Assembly: GCA_002104895.1 (NCBI GenBank)
Contig: MCFG01000466.1
Coordinates: 1 to 47,782 of the forward strand
Origin: Anaeromyces robustus
Taxonomy: Eukaryota
DNA length: 47,782 nucleotides
Direction: 5' to 3'
This document shows positions 31,623-44,297 of the stretch, piece by piece. Position numbers and translations under genes: made by a program. The stretch's first letter is position 1, and each line of letters opens with the position of its first letter. Below the pieces are notes generated by a model. The model saw only the letters and a program-made list of their open reading frames with translations, was not told the origin of the DNA and made no database searches.

Positions 31623-32237
31623 ATGAATAAATAATAATTAGAAAAAGTACAATAAATAATAATAATAATAATAATAATAATACTAATAGAAACAACAATA
31701 ATAACAAGTTGTTGTAACAATAATAACAATTATAATATAATTATATTAATATAATGATAAATGAATGAATGAATGAATGAATAAATGAATAAATATATAA
31801 ATAAATAAATAAATAAATAAATGAATAAATAAATAATAATAAACAATAATAAATAATAATAATTAATTATAAATTAATAGTAGTAATTATATTACAATTA
31901 ATATGATATAATATGATTAATAATTATTAAAATTAAAACGTAATTTATAGTAATATTTATAATGTATGTATATATTATACAAGGGATATTCTTTATATTA
32001 AAATAAATATATGTATACAATTTATATATATATTTTAATTTCAATTTTTAATTTTTTATATTCTTATTTTTATATAATTTTATGCATTTTTTTAATAATG
32101 TAAAACAATTCATTGTTTTATTAATAATAAACGACTAAATTTTGAATTAATTAATAATTTTTTTTCTAATAGAAAAGCTAAGAAAAGTAAAAAAAGAATA
32201 ATAAAATTTAATATAAAGTTATTGTTATATTATTATA

Positions 32238-32316
32238 TTTCTATTTCTATTTCTATTTCTATTTCTATTTCTATTTCTATTTCTATTTCTATTTCTATTT
32301 CTATTTCTATTTCTAT
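32238..32316. repeat. (TTTCTA)n hexanucleotide microsatellite
   Basis: Direct reading. Confidence 0.9.
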
Positions 32317-32433
32317 TGTTATTAATAAAGTATAGTAATATTCTATATTTTATTTATTTATATTATTGTATTTGAAAATAATATAATGATTTATAATTTG
32401 TGTATTTTTTAATTATAGATATTAATATTTATA

Positions 32434-32910
32434 TTAAAGAATTTTATGAAAAACCTTTGTAGTTACATCTTTTTGTTGATTTTGTAATAAACATATAGAG
32501 TGAACTGCATATTTAGAATCAGAAGTTTGGATAGCTTTCTTGGCATGTAATAGTATCTTTTAAAATTTCACATCTATGAATTGAATTTCAACCTGGTACA
32601 AATAGTTATATCCATTTCGATATAGTAATTAAATAGATAAAAGTATACTCTGCATCTCTATAAATAAATCATCAAAATCTTATCTAATTTGTTTTTTCAG
32701 TTCTTTCATTATAACCATGGTTAAAAGCATAAAATAATAGTTTAATAAGATTATAATGTACACCAAAGAATTGAATAACTTTATCAACTTTCATTTGTGA
32801 AGCAAAACAAGTAATAGCATAATCATCTCCATAATTATTCATACCATCAATAACCATAGTAACCCAAGTTGGATCTTTTAATGAGGCAAATAAGTATATT
32901 GAATAGCTAC
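32434..32910 (-). pseudogene. pfl: PFL pseudogene, C-terminal portion, with many internal deletions
   Basis: Minus strand ~32831-32695 translates GDDYAITCFASQMKVDKVIQFFGVHYNLIKLLFYAFNHGYNERTEK versus intact [46 protein letters not shown]. Also present are aaccatagtaacccaagttggatc (DPTWVTMV) and a degenerate 3' end down to the stop at 32434-32436. Confidence 0.85.
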
Positions 32911-33556
32911 ATAACTATAACTGTATTAGATTCATGAAAATCACAAAGATTTTATATATGAAATATAAAATATATTAAATTGGAATATTACATTAAATTG
33001 TTTTTAATTTATTAAATATTATTATATTTTTTTAAGAGAATCAAATAAATAATCCTAAAAATTTATATATTCAATATATATTCAATATATTGTAAAATAT
33101 ATAATATAATATATTTCAATACATTAATATTATTAATTGTTTAATATTTAGTATTATAAGAATTTATAATTGAATTATAGAAATTAAAAATTGAAACCCT
33201 TTTCATTAAAAAAAAAAAAATTTTTTTTTATCATTATTAATTAAATATATATAATTATTAAAATTATAAATTATTTTTCTATACAGAAATAATTAGACCA
33301 AATATAAAAAACAGCTAATTTTTTTTCATAAAATAAATAAATATATATATTAATTAATAAATAGTAATAATATAATACTAATGTAATAATAATATAATAA
33401 TAATAATAATAATAAATATTAAAAAAAAAAAAAATTAAATAGAATTAGCTTTTAATTAACAAGTAGTACAAAATATTAATATTAAATTTTTTTTTTTCTT
33501 AAAACAAAAAAACCTAAATCAATTTTTTTTATAATATAGTTACATATAAATCAAAA

Positions 33557-34082
33557 ATGCAAGATATACAAATGGGTTAATATTATTTTTTTCGTTAAAA
33601 GAAATTAAAATATAAAACTAATTTTATTAAAATTTTCATTTAATATTTCCTTATATATGTAATAATCATAAATTAGTTATAGACGTTGTCATATAAATAA
33701 TAATAATAATCATAAATTTGTTATTGACGTTGTCAAGTGGATTATTTATTACTAAAACTTCTTAATATACACATAATGTTTGGTCTAAAGAAAATAATAG
33801 TAATAGTTTAGATAATAATGTTATTTTTATTGTTATTTATCATAAATTATATTTTATTAAAGAGAAGGAATAATTATTGGTTTATAAATAGATGTTCATC
33901 CTAAACTCTCTATTAAATCATTTTGGTGGTATTCTTATTTAAAATGCTTTAAAAACTTATGATCTTAAAAATTAAAGAAACCTTTAATTATCATAATGCC
34001 TACAATGATTGTGTTTTCGATCTTTATACTTCAGAAATGAGATAAACAAGATCTTGTGGGTGACTTTATGATTAAATGGAAT
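33557..34082 (+). pseudogene. pfl: PFL pseudogene, N-terminal portion (micro-exon ATGCAAG with dead donor, duplicated acceptor region, decayed start of exon 2)
   Basis: ATGCAAG|AT at 33557. ttattgacgttgtcaagtggatt at 33721 matches PFL3 ttattgacgttgctaagtggatt. caatgattgtgttttcgatctttatacttcagaaatgaga at ~34003-34042 matches PFL3 42470-42509. Contains stops and deletions. Confidence 0.85.
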
Positions 34083-34120
34083 ATTTGTTTTTCCATTCCT
34101 ATATATGAAATATTTGTAGA

Positions 34121-34235
<115 letters not shown>

Positions 34236-34358
34236 ATTAAATAAATAATAAATTTTTTCTTTTTTAATAGAATTTCTATAAATGTGGCGTTTAAAAAATT
34301 TTTAACAATATATATAAATAAGAAATTGTATAACGTTATATTTAATAATATGTAATTT

Positions 34359-34413
34359 TATAAATTAATAGAAATATAAATTAATCATGAATTTATATTT
34401 CTATTAATTTATA
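34359..34413. repeat. 24-bp perfect inverted repeat with 7-nt loop
   Basis: tataaattaatagaaatataaatt (34359-34382) / aatttatatttctattaatttata (34390-34413). Confidence 0.85.
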
Positions 34414-34477
34414 TAGAAATACAGAAAATTTATTAAAATTAAAATTTTTATGGTTTATTTCATCTTTTTTTCTTTTC

Positions 34478-34528
<51 letters not shown>

Positions 34529-35089
34529 AAAAATTTATTTAAAATAAAATGAATAAATAATTTGTTTCAAATAATTATAGTTCGTTAGAGTATTTTACAC
34601 TATTATTTTATATACGGAAGATAATTATTTATGGAATTATATATAAAAAAAAAAATTTTATTTATATATCATTTATATAAAAAAAGTTCATAAAAAAAAA
34701 AAAAAAAAATACAAGATTACGAAAATAGTGAAACAATTGAAATAATTATTAAATTTATATACAGTGATAAATATATAAAAATATATATTTAAATTAATTG
34801 AAACAGTTTAATAAGTAATAAAAAAACATTAAAAAATTTAAATATATTAAAGATTTAATAATAATAATTAAATATTTAAAATATTTATGTTTTTTTTTAA
34901 AAAGAATTTTGATATAAATAATATTTTATATTAGGATAAAACAATAATATTTTATATTAAATTTTTAATATGCATTTCATCATTGTTTATAATTTTTTTT
35001 GTTATTTGTTATATATATATATAGTTTTTAGTAATGCTTTTTTTTTATTTTTTTTATTTAGTTTTTGTTTCTTTCTATAGCTAAAAAAT

Positions 35090-37165
35090 TTAATTGGAAA
35101 CAGTCAATTGACCATCTTTGACAACGTATGTTCCTGGAGAATCAATATTATAATTGTTACCATTATTATTATCCCAATCACCTTCACCGTTATTAAAGAC
35201 AAAGGTAATAGAGGAAGCTTCAATAGCAATTTGATGATAACCATTATTGAGAGGTGTCATTTCAATTCCAGGTGAAGAAGTCCATGAGTTATCATCAGCT
35301 TTATAATGAATATAGGCTGGTCTCCAGTTTGAATAATAATAAATATTAATACTATTAGTAGATGGTGTAGATGGTGTAGACGAATTCTCTTCATATTGAC
35401 TTTGATATCCATTATCATTATATAACCCGTTATCTTTAATGATATAACCGTTTTGTCCAGATGATGGAACTTGATTATTGTTATCATTAAAGATAATATA
35501 TCCACCTTCATAAGCATTACTGAAAGATATTGAATAAATTGAATTATCAATATTTTTCATAGTACTTCCTGGCCATTGAGAAATTTCACTAACAACCTTT
35601 CCTTTAATATCATAGATATAGGCATAAATTGTGCTACTCCAAGAACTTGGTTTTTGGAAATAAACAGTAATATTTTCATCAGTTGATCCATTGTTATTAG
35701 ATTCACCAGTTTCACTAGATCCACTACTGTTAGATTCACCAGTTTCACTAGATCCATTACCACTTGATTCACCAGTTCCATTGTTAGATTCAGAATTTTG
35801 ATATAAAACGGTAACAGAACGTGATGGAAGAGTACCAGTAATAACACCATTTGAAACTTTAAACTGATTATTATTATTAGTTTGGTTTTCATAATCACCA
35901 TCTTTTAAATTTGTAATATTGTTTAAATAAGTATCTTGATAATTAAGATTAATGATAACAAGACCTTTAGTACCACGTTCAATCATAAGAATTTTATTAC
36001 TATTATTTCCATTTCTTAAATATTCATTTTCACCTTCCATAGCATTACGGAAAAGATTTACAGCTATAATTTCATCATTTTTATATAAGGAATCACCTTC
36101 GTCACCAATTTGAGATCTATTTGGGAATCTATTATCATAAGATGTACCACCACCACCAACAGGTCTTGAGAAGAATAATGGAGTAGTAGAAGCTCTAGCA
36201 GCAAGAAGTGCCCATGATAATTTAATTTGTTCATTTGTTAACCAAGTAGATTCTCTTTCATCATTAGAATAATTATCATGAGATTCAACCCATGTAATTA
36301 ATTTATTACTATTTACATTTGTACTATAATTCATAATTTTTCCAGTACTAAAGTCATTATTACTAATAGCTTCTCTGACAGTGTAACCATATTGAGAAGC
36401 AGTAATTCTCATATATTCAGCATAAGAACTATCTCTTGAAACACTATCGGAAAGAATTTCACCATATTGAAATTCAGCACCATTATTTAAAATCACTGGC
36501 CAGAAGTTACTTCCATAACCATTATCATCAGGTAATTCAATATGCTTAGCAGCATCATATCTAAAACCAGCAGCACCATCAGCAATAGCTCTTTTTAAAA
36601 AATCTAAAACTTTTTGTTGAATTGTAGAATGTTGAGTATTAATATCGTTTAAACCAAGTAATGCTCTTTGAGTGACTTGATATCTATCATTCCAATCGGT
36701 AATACCAGCATTATCACTATGGAAATAATCTGAGTTTCTAAGAGAAGAATCAATAGAATTCCAATCACTTGTCATATGATTTAATACAGCATCTACAATA
36801 ATTTTAATACCATATTGTTTAGCAGCATTACATAAAGATTTAAATTCATCTTCCGAACCTAATTGATAATTTCCAATATTATAACTTACAGGTTGATAAT
36901 GGAAATACCAATTTTTTAAATCTTTTGAACCATTATTACCAACTAAACAAGATTGAATTGGAGAAGTTTGAACAGCAGTATAACCAGCATTTTTAATTTC
37001 AGGTAATTTTTCTCTTATAGTATTGAAAGACCAACAAAAAGCATGAAGAATTGTACCATGTTCAATAGAATTAGCATGATATTTAATATCTTGAGCTTGA
37101 ATTGATATTAAATGACCAAAAATTAAAAAAATGAAAGATAAATTTTGAGAGTTAAAGAGTCTCAT
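35090..37165 (-). CDS. Secreted GH13 alpha-amylase (Bacillus AmyE / GH13_28-like) with CBM26-like and CBM25-like starch-binding modules, 691 aa, intronless
   Basis: Signal peptide MRLFNSQNLSFIFLIFGHLISIQA. Conserved regions GTILHAFCWSF, DAVLNH, GFRYDAAKH (nucleophile), FQYGEIL (acid/base) and WVESHD. S/G/N/E linker repeats, then VYFQKPSSW...WPG and AYIHY...FVFNNG..WDNNNGNNY modules. Confidence 0.92.
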   Translation of the reverse strand: MRLFNSQNLSFIFLIFGHLISIQAQDIKYHANSIEHGTILHAFCWSFNTIREKLPEIKNAGYTAVQTSPIQSCLVGNNGSKDLKNWYFHYQPVSYNIGNYQLGSEDEFKSLCNAAKQYGIKIIVDAVLNHMTSDWNSIDSSLRNSDYFHSDNAGITDWNDRYQVTQRALLGLNDINTQHSTIQQKVLDFLKRAIADGAAGFRYDAAKHIELPDDNGYGSNFWPVILNNGAEFQYGEILSDSVSRDSSYAEYMRITASQYGYTVREAISNNDFSTGKIMNYSTNVNSNKLITWVESHDNYSNDERESTWLTNEQIKLSWALLAARASTTPLFFSRPVGGGGTSYDNRFPNRSQIGDEGDSLYKNDEIIAVNLFRNAMEGENEYLRNGNNSNKILMIERGTKGLVIINLNYQDTYLNNITNLKDGDYENQTNNNNQFKVSNGVITGTLPSRSVTVLYQNSESNNGTGESSGNGSSETGESNSSGSSETGESNNNGSTDENITVYFQKPSSWSSTIYAYIYDIKGKVVSEISQWPGSTMKNIDNSIYSISFSNAYEGGYIIFNDNNNQVPSSGQNGYIIKDNGLYNDNGYQSQYEENSSTPSTPSTNSINIYYYSNWRPAYIHYKADDNSWTSSPGIEMTPLNNGYHQIAIEASSITFVFNNGEGDWDNNNGNNYNIDSPGTYVVKDGQLTVSN

Positions 37166-38449
37166 TTTTTTCCTATTTTTACTTCTTTTAATAAATGTAT
37201 TTAAAAAATTATTTTTTTTTAGAAAAACAAAAATGAAATAGTAATATATTAAATATTAAAAATATTTTTATATTTAGAAAAATATCAATAGTTTAAGAAA
37301 TATAGTAACATAAGAATAACTTTCAAAATTTTTATTTACAGGGATTTTTTAAGAAAGAAAAAAAATATTAATATAATAATTATTTACAAACAAAAAAGAT
37401 TTATTTTACAATAAAATATATTATTTAATTTTATTTTCATTAATTAATGAATAATAAATAAAATAAAAAAAGATATTGAGAAATATTCTTCTATTTATAT
37501 TTTTTTAATTAACCAAAAACAAATAAAATGGAAAAAAATATATATATATTTTAATTATTATAAATAATTATGCCTTTTTTTCTTATGATAATTATAAAAT
37601 TGATAAAGTTTTAACATAGAAATGATATTTATTATAAGGAATATTTATTTTTTAATAAAAGCAAAACAAAAAAAAAAAATTAAAGGCTTATCATTATAAT
37701 ATTTATTTTTTATATTAAATAAAATTAATAAAAAACGTTTTTGAAAGAGTTATGACGTGGTAATACATAAGTTTTATTATTCAAAAATTATTAATCCTCC
37801 TTTTTTATTTATTAATATGACGTAGTACAAGTTAGATATATTAATTATTAAAATTATAATAATAATAGTAATATAATTTTTTAATTATTGTATAATTTGC
37901 ATATTTTTTAATTAATAGTTAATTATTGGCCATGAACATTTGATTAATAATCATTTATAATATTAAAAATATTTTTTTTTTTATTATTGTTAGTTTCAAT
38001 TATTATAATTATTATATTTTATTATTTGTTATAATTATATATAATAAGATATATATAATTAATTTTTTAGGAATATAAAAGTAAATAAATAAATAAGTAA
38101 ATAAATATTATATAAATCATATATTTATATTAAAAGAAATATTATATTTAATATTAAAAAATAGAGTATAATATACTTTTTTTTTTTAAATTTCATTATA
38201 TAATAAAGTTAATTAAATTTTTATATAAAAATTAATTATGTCCAGCAAGCTAAAAAAACTGGAGAATATATAAATTAATTATGTCCAGTAAGATAAAAAA
38301 AAATGAAAGTATTATATTAAATATTATTAGTAGTATATAAATATATTATAATAATATATATTCATATAAATTATTTTCCCACATTAAAATAAAAAAGAAT
38401 TATTATATACAACTATTTATAAAAATAATATAGTAATTATATATTATAT

Positions 38450-38807
38450 ATTATATATAATGAATATAATAGTAATATATAAGAAAAGGAGTATTAATAA
38501 TAATAACATAATAAATATAATGAATATGATTGTATATAAAAGAAAAGGAATAATAATTATATAATATATAATGATTAAGAAAAAGAATAATAATAATAAT
38601 AAAATAATATATATAATGAATAAGAAAAAGAATAATAATAATTAAATAATATATATAATGAATAGGAAAAGAAATAATAATAATTATATAATATATATAA
38701 TGAATATAATTTGAATATATTGAATATAATAGTATATATAAGAAAAGGAATAATAATAATTATATAATATATGAAATTTGACTATAATAGTATATATAAG
38801 AAAAAGA

Positions 38808-38875
<68 letters not shown>

Positions 38876-38887
38876 TAATCAATAATA

Positions 38888-38954
<67 letters not shown>

Positions 38955-39000
38955 TAATCAATAATAATAGTAATAATAAATAATAATAATAATTAAATAA
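38450..39000. repeat. Degenerate AT-rich tandem repeats (tatataatgaata...gaaaaggaataataat) followed by (AAT)n
   Basis: Direct reading. Confidence 0.7.
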
Positions 39001-39169
39001 TAATAAAAAATTAAAAACAATTTATTTTAAAAAAATTATTACACGTGCAATTTTTATTAATCCTTAATAAAGATTTTATTATTTTTTTTTGCCAATAAAA
39101 TTCTTATATATATAAAAAACGTGATAATCCATTTTTTTTAATATATAATAATTAAATTGGATTAAAATT

Positions 39170-40345
39170 ATATTTATGTAATTATTTAAATTTTTATTAT
39201 TAAAATTATTTATTTTTTTATTTTATATTGTTAAGTAACAATTATTTGATTATTATTTAAGAATAAAAAGAAAAAATAAAATTAAAATAGAAAATAGAAC
39301 TTTTCTTAAGAAAATAATAGACATATGATTATTTTATTTTAGGAATATAAAAAAGCGGTTTGCATTAAATAATATTGAAAAATTTATAAGAATTATATTA
39401 GTAATTAAAATTTTTCATATTTTTTTTATATTTTTTGTTAATAGTTTCCGTTCAAATCAAAATATAAACTTGTATTTATGTAATTATTTAAATTTTTATT
39501 ATAAAAATATTCGTTATTTTAATTATTTATTTTATATTGTAAAATAATAACTATTTGATTATTATTTAAGAAAAAAAGAAAAAATAAAATTAAAATAGAA
39601 AATAGAACTTTTCTTAAAAAAATAATAGACATATGATTATTTTCTTTAGGAATATAAAAAAGCGGTTGCATTAAATAATATTAAAAAATTTATAATAATT
39701 ATAATAATAATTAAAAAATTTTATATTTTTTGTTAATAGTTTCCATTCAAATCAAAATATAAACTTGTATTTATGTAATTATTTAAATTTTTATTATTAA
39801 AATATTCGTTATTTTAATTATTTATTTTATATTGTAAAATAATAATTATTTGATTATTATTTAAGAATAAAAAGAAAAAATAAAATTAAAATAGAAAATA
39901 GAACTTTTCTTAAGAAAATAATAGACATATGATTATTTTCTTTAGGAATATAAAAAAGCGGTTTGCATTAAATAATATTAAAAAATTTATAATAATTATA
40001 TTAGTAATTAAAATTTTTCATATTTTTTTTTATATTTTTTGTTAATAGTTTCCGCTCAAATATATAAACTTGTATTTATGTAATTATTAAAATTTTTATT
40101 ATAAAAATATTCATTATTTTAATTATTTATTTTATATTGTAAAATAATAATTATTTGATTATTATTTAAGAATAAAAAGAAAAAATAAAATTAAAATAGA
40201 AAATAAAACTTTTCTTAATTAAGAAAATGATAGAGATATGATTATTTTCTTTAGGAATATAAAAAAGCGGTTTGCATTAAATAATATTAAAAATTTATCA
40301 TAATAATAATAATTAAAAATTTTCATATTTTTTGTTAATAGTTTT
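39170..40345. repeat. ~300-bp tandem repeat, 4 copies
   Basis: Anchor gcggtt(t)gcattaaataatatt at 39355, 39662, 39958 and 40267 (periods 307, 296, 309). Confidence 0.9.
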
Positions 40346-41326
40346 TTTATTTATTAATTATATTATTTGATTTATAATATAATTAAAAAATAATTTTTTT
40401 TTACTGTAAAAAATTACTAGAATTATAGGTAAAAAAAAATAATCATATTATAATTATAATATTACACTATAATAATTACAATAAATATAACATAGATAAT
40501 ATGGCCAGAAGACGCCACATAAATAATATTTATGCAGAATAAAAATTTTTTTTAACTATTATTTAATTTTATTAAATTGATATGTATGAATCATCAATTG
40601 AATCATTAATTAATTGTAAAAGAAGAATAATTTTCTTTTTAAATATTTAAAATATTCATTATATTAAAGTGTGTAAAAAAAAAAGAATGATATTCATTGG
40701 CTAAAAATTGATATTAATGTGAATTTACTTATTAATTTAGTATAAATTATTTCTTTATTAAATATGTTACTTTTTTTTAATAATAATAAAAAATATGAAT
40801 TATAATTTTATAGATATTACTATATAAGAATATAATATACATACATTGATATATAATTACAATTATAAAAATATTTCCTTTTTTCATTTATTAGAATTAA
40901 CTAAATATTTTTTATAAAAAAATTAATTCATGTATATTATTTATTTTAATTTACATTTTAGTGTTTAATAGTTTTATTATTAGGTAATTATTATTAGTAT
41001 TTCATAATTAATTATAATTGAGTTATTCATAATTAATTATAGTTGAGTAATTTAAATATTCTTAATGTTAAAGAAATATCTATTATATTAATTAGTAAAA
41101 AAAAAAAAGTTAAAATTGAAGAATAAGTGAAAGTGTGTGATTTTTTTTCTGTAAAAGAAAAAAGTTCAATGATTACTAATGAATTCCTTGAAATCATGTT
41201 TTTTGTCTCATAATCATATAATTATTAAGAGATATTGGAAAAATTATGAAAAAAATTTTAAATGTTAAAATTTTTTACGGAAGGAATTACGTTAACTTGT
41301 TATTAATAATTTTTATGGTATTATTA

Positions 41327-41363
41327 CACGTGATTTTCGTGATTTTACGAAAATCACGAAAAT
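41327..41363. promoter_or_regulatory. CACGTG followed by a 14-bp perfect inverted repeat containing CACGAAAA on both strands, ~620 bp upstream of PFL3
   Basis: cacgtg at 41327-41332; then attttcgtgatttt (41333-41346), acg, aaaatcacgaaaat (41350-41363). A regulatory role is inferred only. Confidence 0.4.
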
Positions 41364-41981
41364 TTTTATTTAATAATGTTAAGAAAGTAATTATATATAA
41401 TACAGTTTATTATATATATTAAGATATATTGTAATATATAAATAATATAATTAAATTTGATCTATGAATTAAAAACTTTAAATAATTAACGATATTTTAA
41501 TTAATAATAAATATCTTTTTATATTTATCCTTAAAAAATTTACGTAAAAATTTACGTTAAAATATTTTTTTAATAAAAAATTTTTTTTCACTATTAATAA
41601 TTATAATTAATATTTATAATCATTTACATTTTTTAATTAATTAAATAAATAAATTTTAATGACTAAATGACAAAAATTTTTTATATAAATATTTAACATT
41701 TTTCAAAAAAAAAATTTTTTTTAATCATTAATTAAATTATTAATATTAAAAAATAAATAAATAAAAATATTCTTTTTAGATTATACCAATTAATAAAAAC
41801 ATATATAGTATTATAAAAAAAAATTATTAAAATTGTTCTATTAAAGATTTTTTTTTTAAAAAAAGATAATAAATTATATTCACATAACATATAAATCAAT
41901 AAATAATATTACATATATCATTAGAAATTAATTATATAAACTTAATATTTTATTTAACTTTAATAAAAAAAAATAATTAAA

Positions 41982-44297
41982 ATGCAAGGTAATACTATAT
42001 AAAATATTCTTTTCATATATTATTATTATATATGATATGAAATATAATATATTTTTAACTTTTAATTTAATTTTTATATATTTTTACATTATTATTAATT
42101 AGTTATTGACGTTGCTAAGTGGATTAAAGAAAATTATACTCCATATGAAGGTGATGATTCTTTCCTCGTCACTGAAGCTTCTCAAAATACAAAAGATGTT
42201 TGGGCTAAATGTTGTGAACTTCGTGCTGATGAAATTAAAAGTAATGGTTGTCTTGATGTAGATAATAAAACTATTTCTACTGTTAGTGCTCATAAACCAG
42301 GTTATATTATTAAAGAAAAGGAAGATATTGTTGGTTTACAAACAGATGCTCCTCTTAAACGTTCTATTAAACCATTTGGTGGTATTCGTGTTGTTAAAAA
42401 TGCTTTAAAAGCTTATGATCGTACTATTGATCATGAAGTTGAAGAAGTTTTTAAATATCGTAAAACTCACAATGATTGTGTCTTCGATCTTTATACTCCA
42501 GAAATGAGAAAAGCTAGATCTAATGCTATTCTTACTGGTTTACCAGATGGTTATGGTAGAGGTAGAATTATTGGTGATTACAGACGTGTTGCTTTATATG
42601 GTGTTGATCAATTAATTGAATGGAAAATGCAAGATAAACTTAGTCTTGGTATTACTATGACTGAAGAAAATATGAGAACTAGAGAAGAACTTGCTGAACA
42701 AATTAAAGCTCTTAATGAATTAAAAGTTATGGCTAATAGTTATGGTTTTGATATTTCTAAACCAGCTACTAATGCTAAAGAAGCTATTCAATACACTTAT
42801 TTCGGTTATCTTGCTTCCGTTAAAGATCAAGATGGAGCTGCTATGTCTTTCGGTCGTGTTGATTGTTTCTTCGATATTTACATTGAAAATGATATTAAGA
42901 AGGGATTTTTAACTGAAGCTCAAGCTCAAGATTTAATTGATCAATTAATTATTAAACTTAGATTAGTTCGTCATTTACGTACACCAGAATATAATGATTT
43001 ATTTGCAGGTGATCCAACTTGGGTTACTATGGTTGTTGGTGGTATGAATAATGATGGTAGACCATTAGTTACAAAAACTTCTTATCGTATTGTTAATACT
43101 TTAAGAACTCTTGGAGCTGCTCCAGAACCAAATATTACCGTTTTATGGAATAATAAAATGCCAATGGCATTTAAAAATTTCTGTAATAAAGTTTCTATTG
43201 ATACTTCCTCTATTCAATATGAAAATGATAATCTTATGAATAGTATGTTTGGAGATGATTATGCTATTGCTTGTTGTGTCTCTCAAATGAGAGTTGGTAA
43301 AGATATGCAATTCTTTGGTGCTCGTTGTAATCTTGCTAAACTTTTACTTTATGCTTTCAATCATGGTTATGATGAAAGAACCGAAAAACAAGTTGGACCA
43401 GATTTTGGTGATATTAAATTAAATGAAGATGGATCAGTTAATTTCGAATCTGCCTGGGAAATTTATGATAAAGCCATGGATTGGATTGCTTGTCTTTATG
43501 TTAATACTATGAATGCTATTCATTATTCTCATGATAAATATTGTTATGAAGCAATTCAAATGGCACTTCATGATACTAATGTTCATCGTTATATGGCATT
43601 TGGTATTGCTGGATTTTCAGTTATTGTTGATTCTTTCTCTGCTATTAAATATGCTAAAGTTTTCCCAATTCGTAATCCAGAAACTAATTTAACTACCGAT
43701 TTTAAAATTGAAGGAGAATTCCCAAAATTCGGTAATGATGATGATCGTGTTGATCATTTTGCTATTGAAATTCCAAAAATTTTCCTTGCTAAATTAAAGA
43801 AATATCCAGCTTACAGAGGTGCCGAACATACCTTATCTATTTTAACTATTACTTCAAATGTTGTTTATGGTAAGAAAACAGGATCTACACCAGATGGACG
43901 TAAAGCTGGTGAAGCTTTTGCTCCAGGATGTAATCCAATGCATGGACGTGAAACTAGTGGAGCTGTTGCATCCCTTAATTCAGTTAGTAAAGTTGAATAT
44001 GAATATTGTAAAGATGGTATTTCCAATACTTTTACCTTTGTACCAACAGTTTTAGGTAAAATTGATAAAGAACGTGTTACTAATCTTACAGGATTATTAG
44101 ATGGCTACTTTGCCCAAGGAGGATTCCATTTAAATGTTAATGTTTTAGTTCGTGAAACTTTAGAAGATGCTATGGTACATCCAGAAAATTATCCAAATTT
44201 AACTATTCGTGTTTCTGGATATGCTGTACATTTCATTCGTTTATCACCAAGTCAACAAAGAGAAGTTATTGCAAGAACTTTCCATGAAACTCTTTAA
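41982..44297 (+). CDS. pfl: Pyruvate formate-lyase copy 3, 733 aa; exons 41982-41988 and 42103-44297
   Basis: ATGCAAG|GTAAT at 41982 and acceptor TAG ending at 42102 define a 114-nt intron. N-terminus [15 protein letters not shown] and IRVSGY motifs present; near-identical to copy 2. Confidence 0.93.

Noticed and set aside
35257..35901. Off-frame ORFs within the amylases (also 45448-45726)
   Set aside because: Shadow frames of the amylase CDS.
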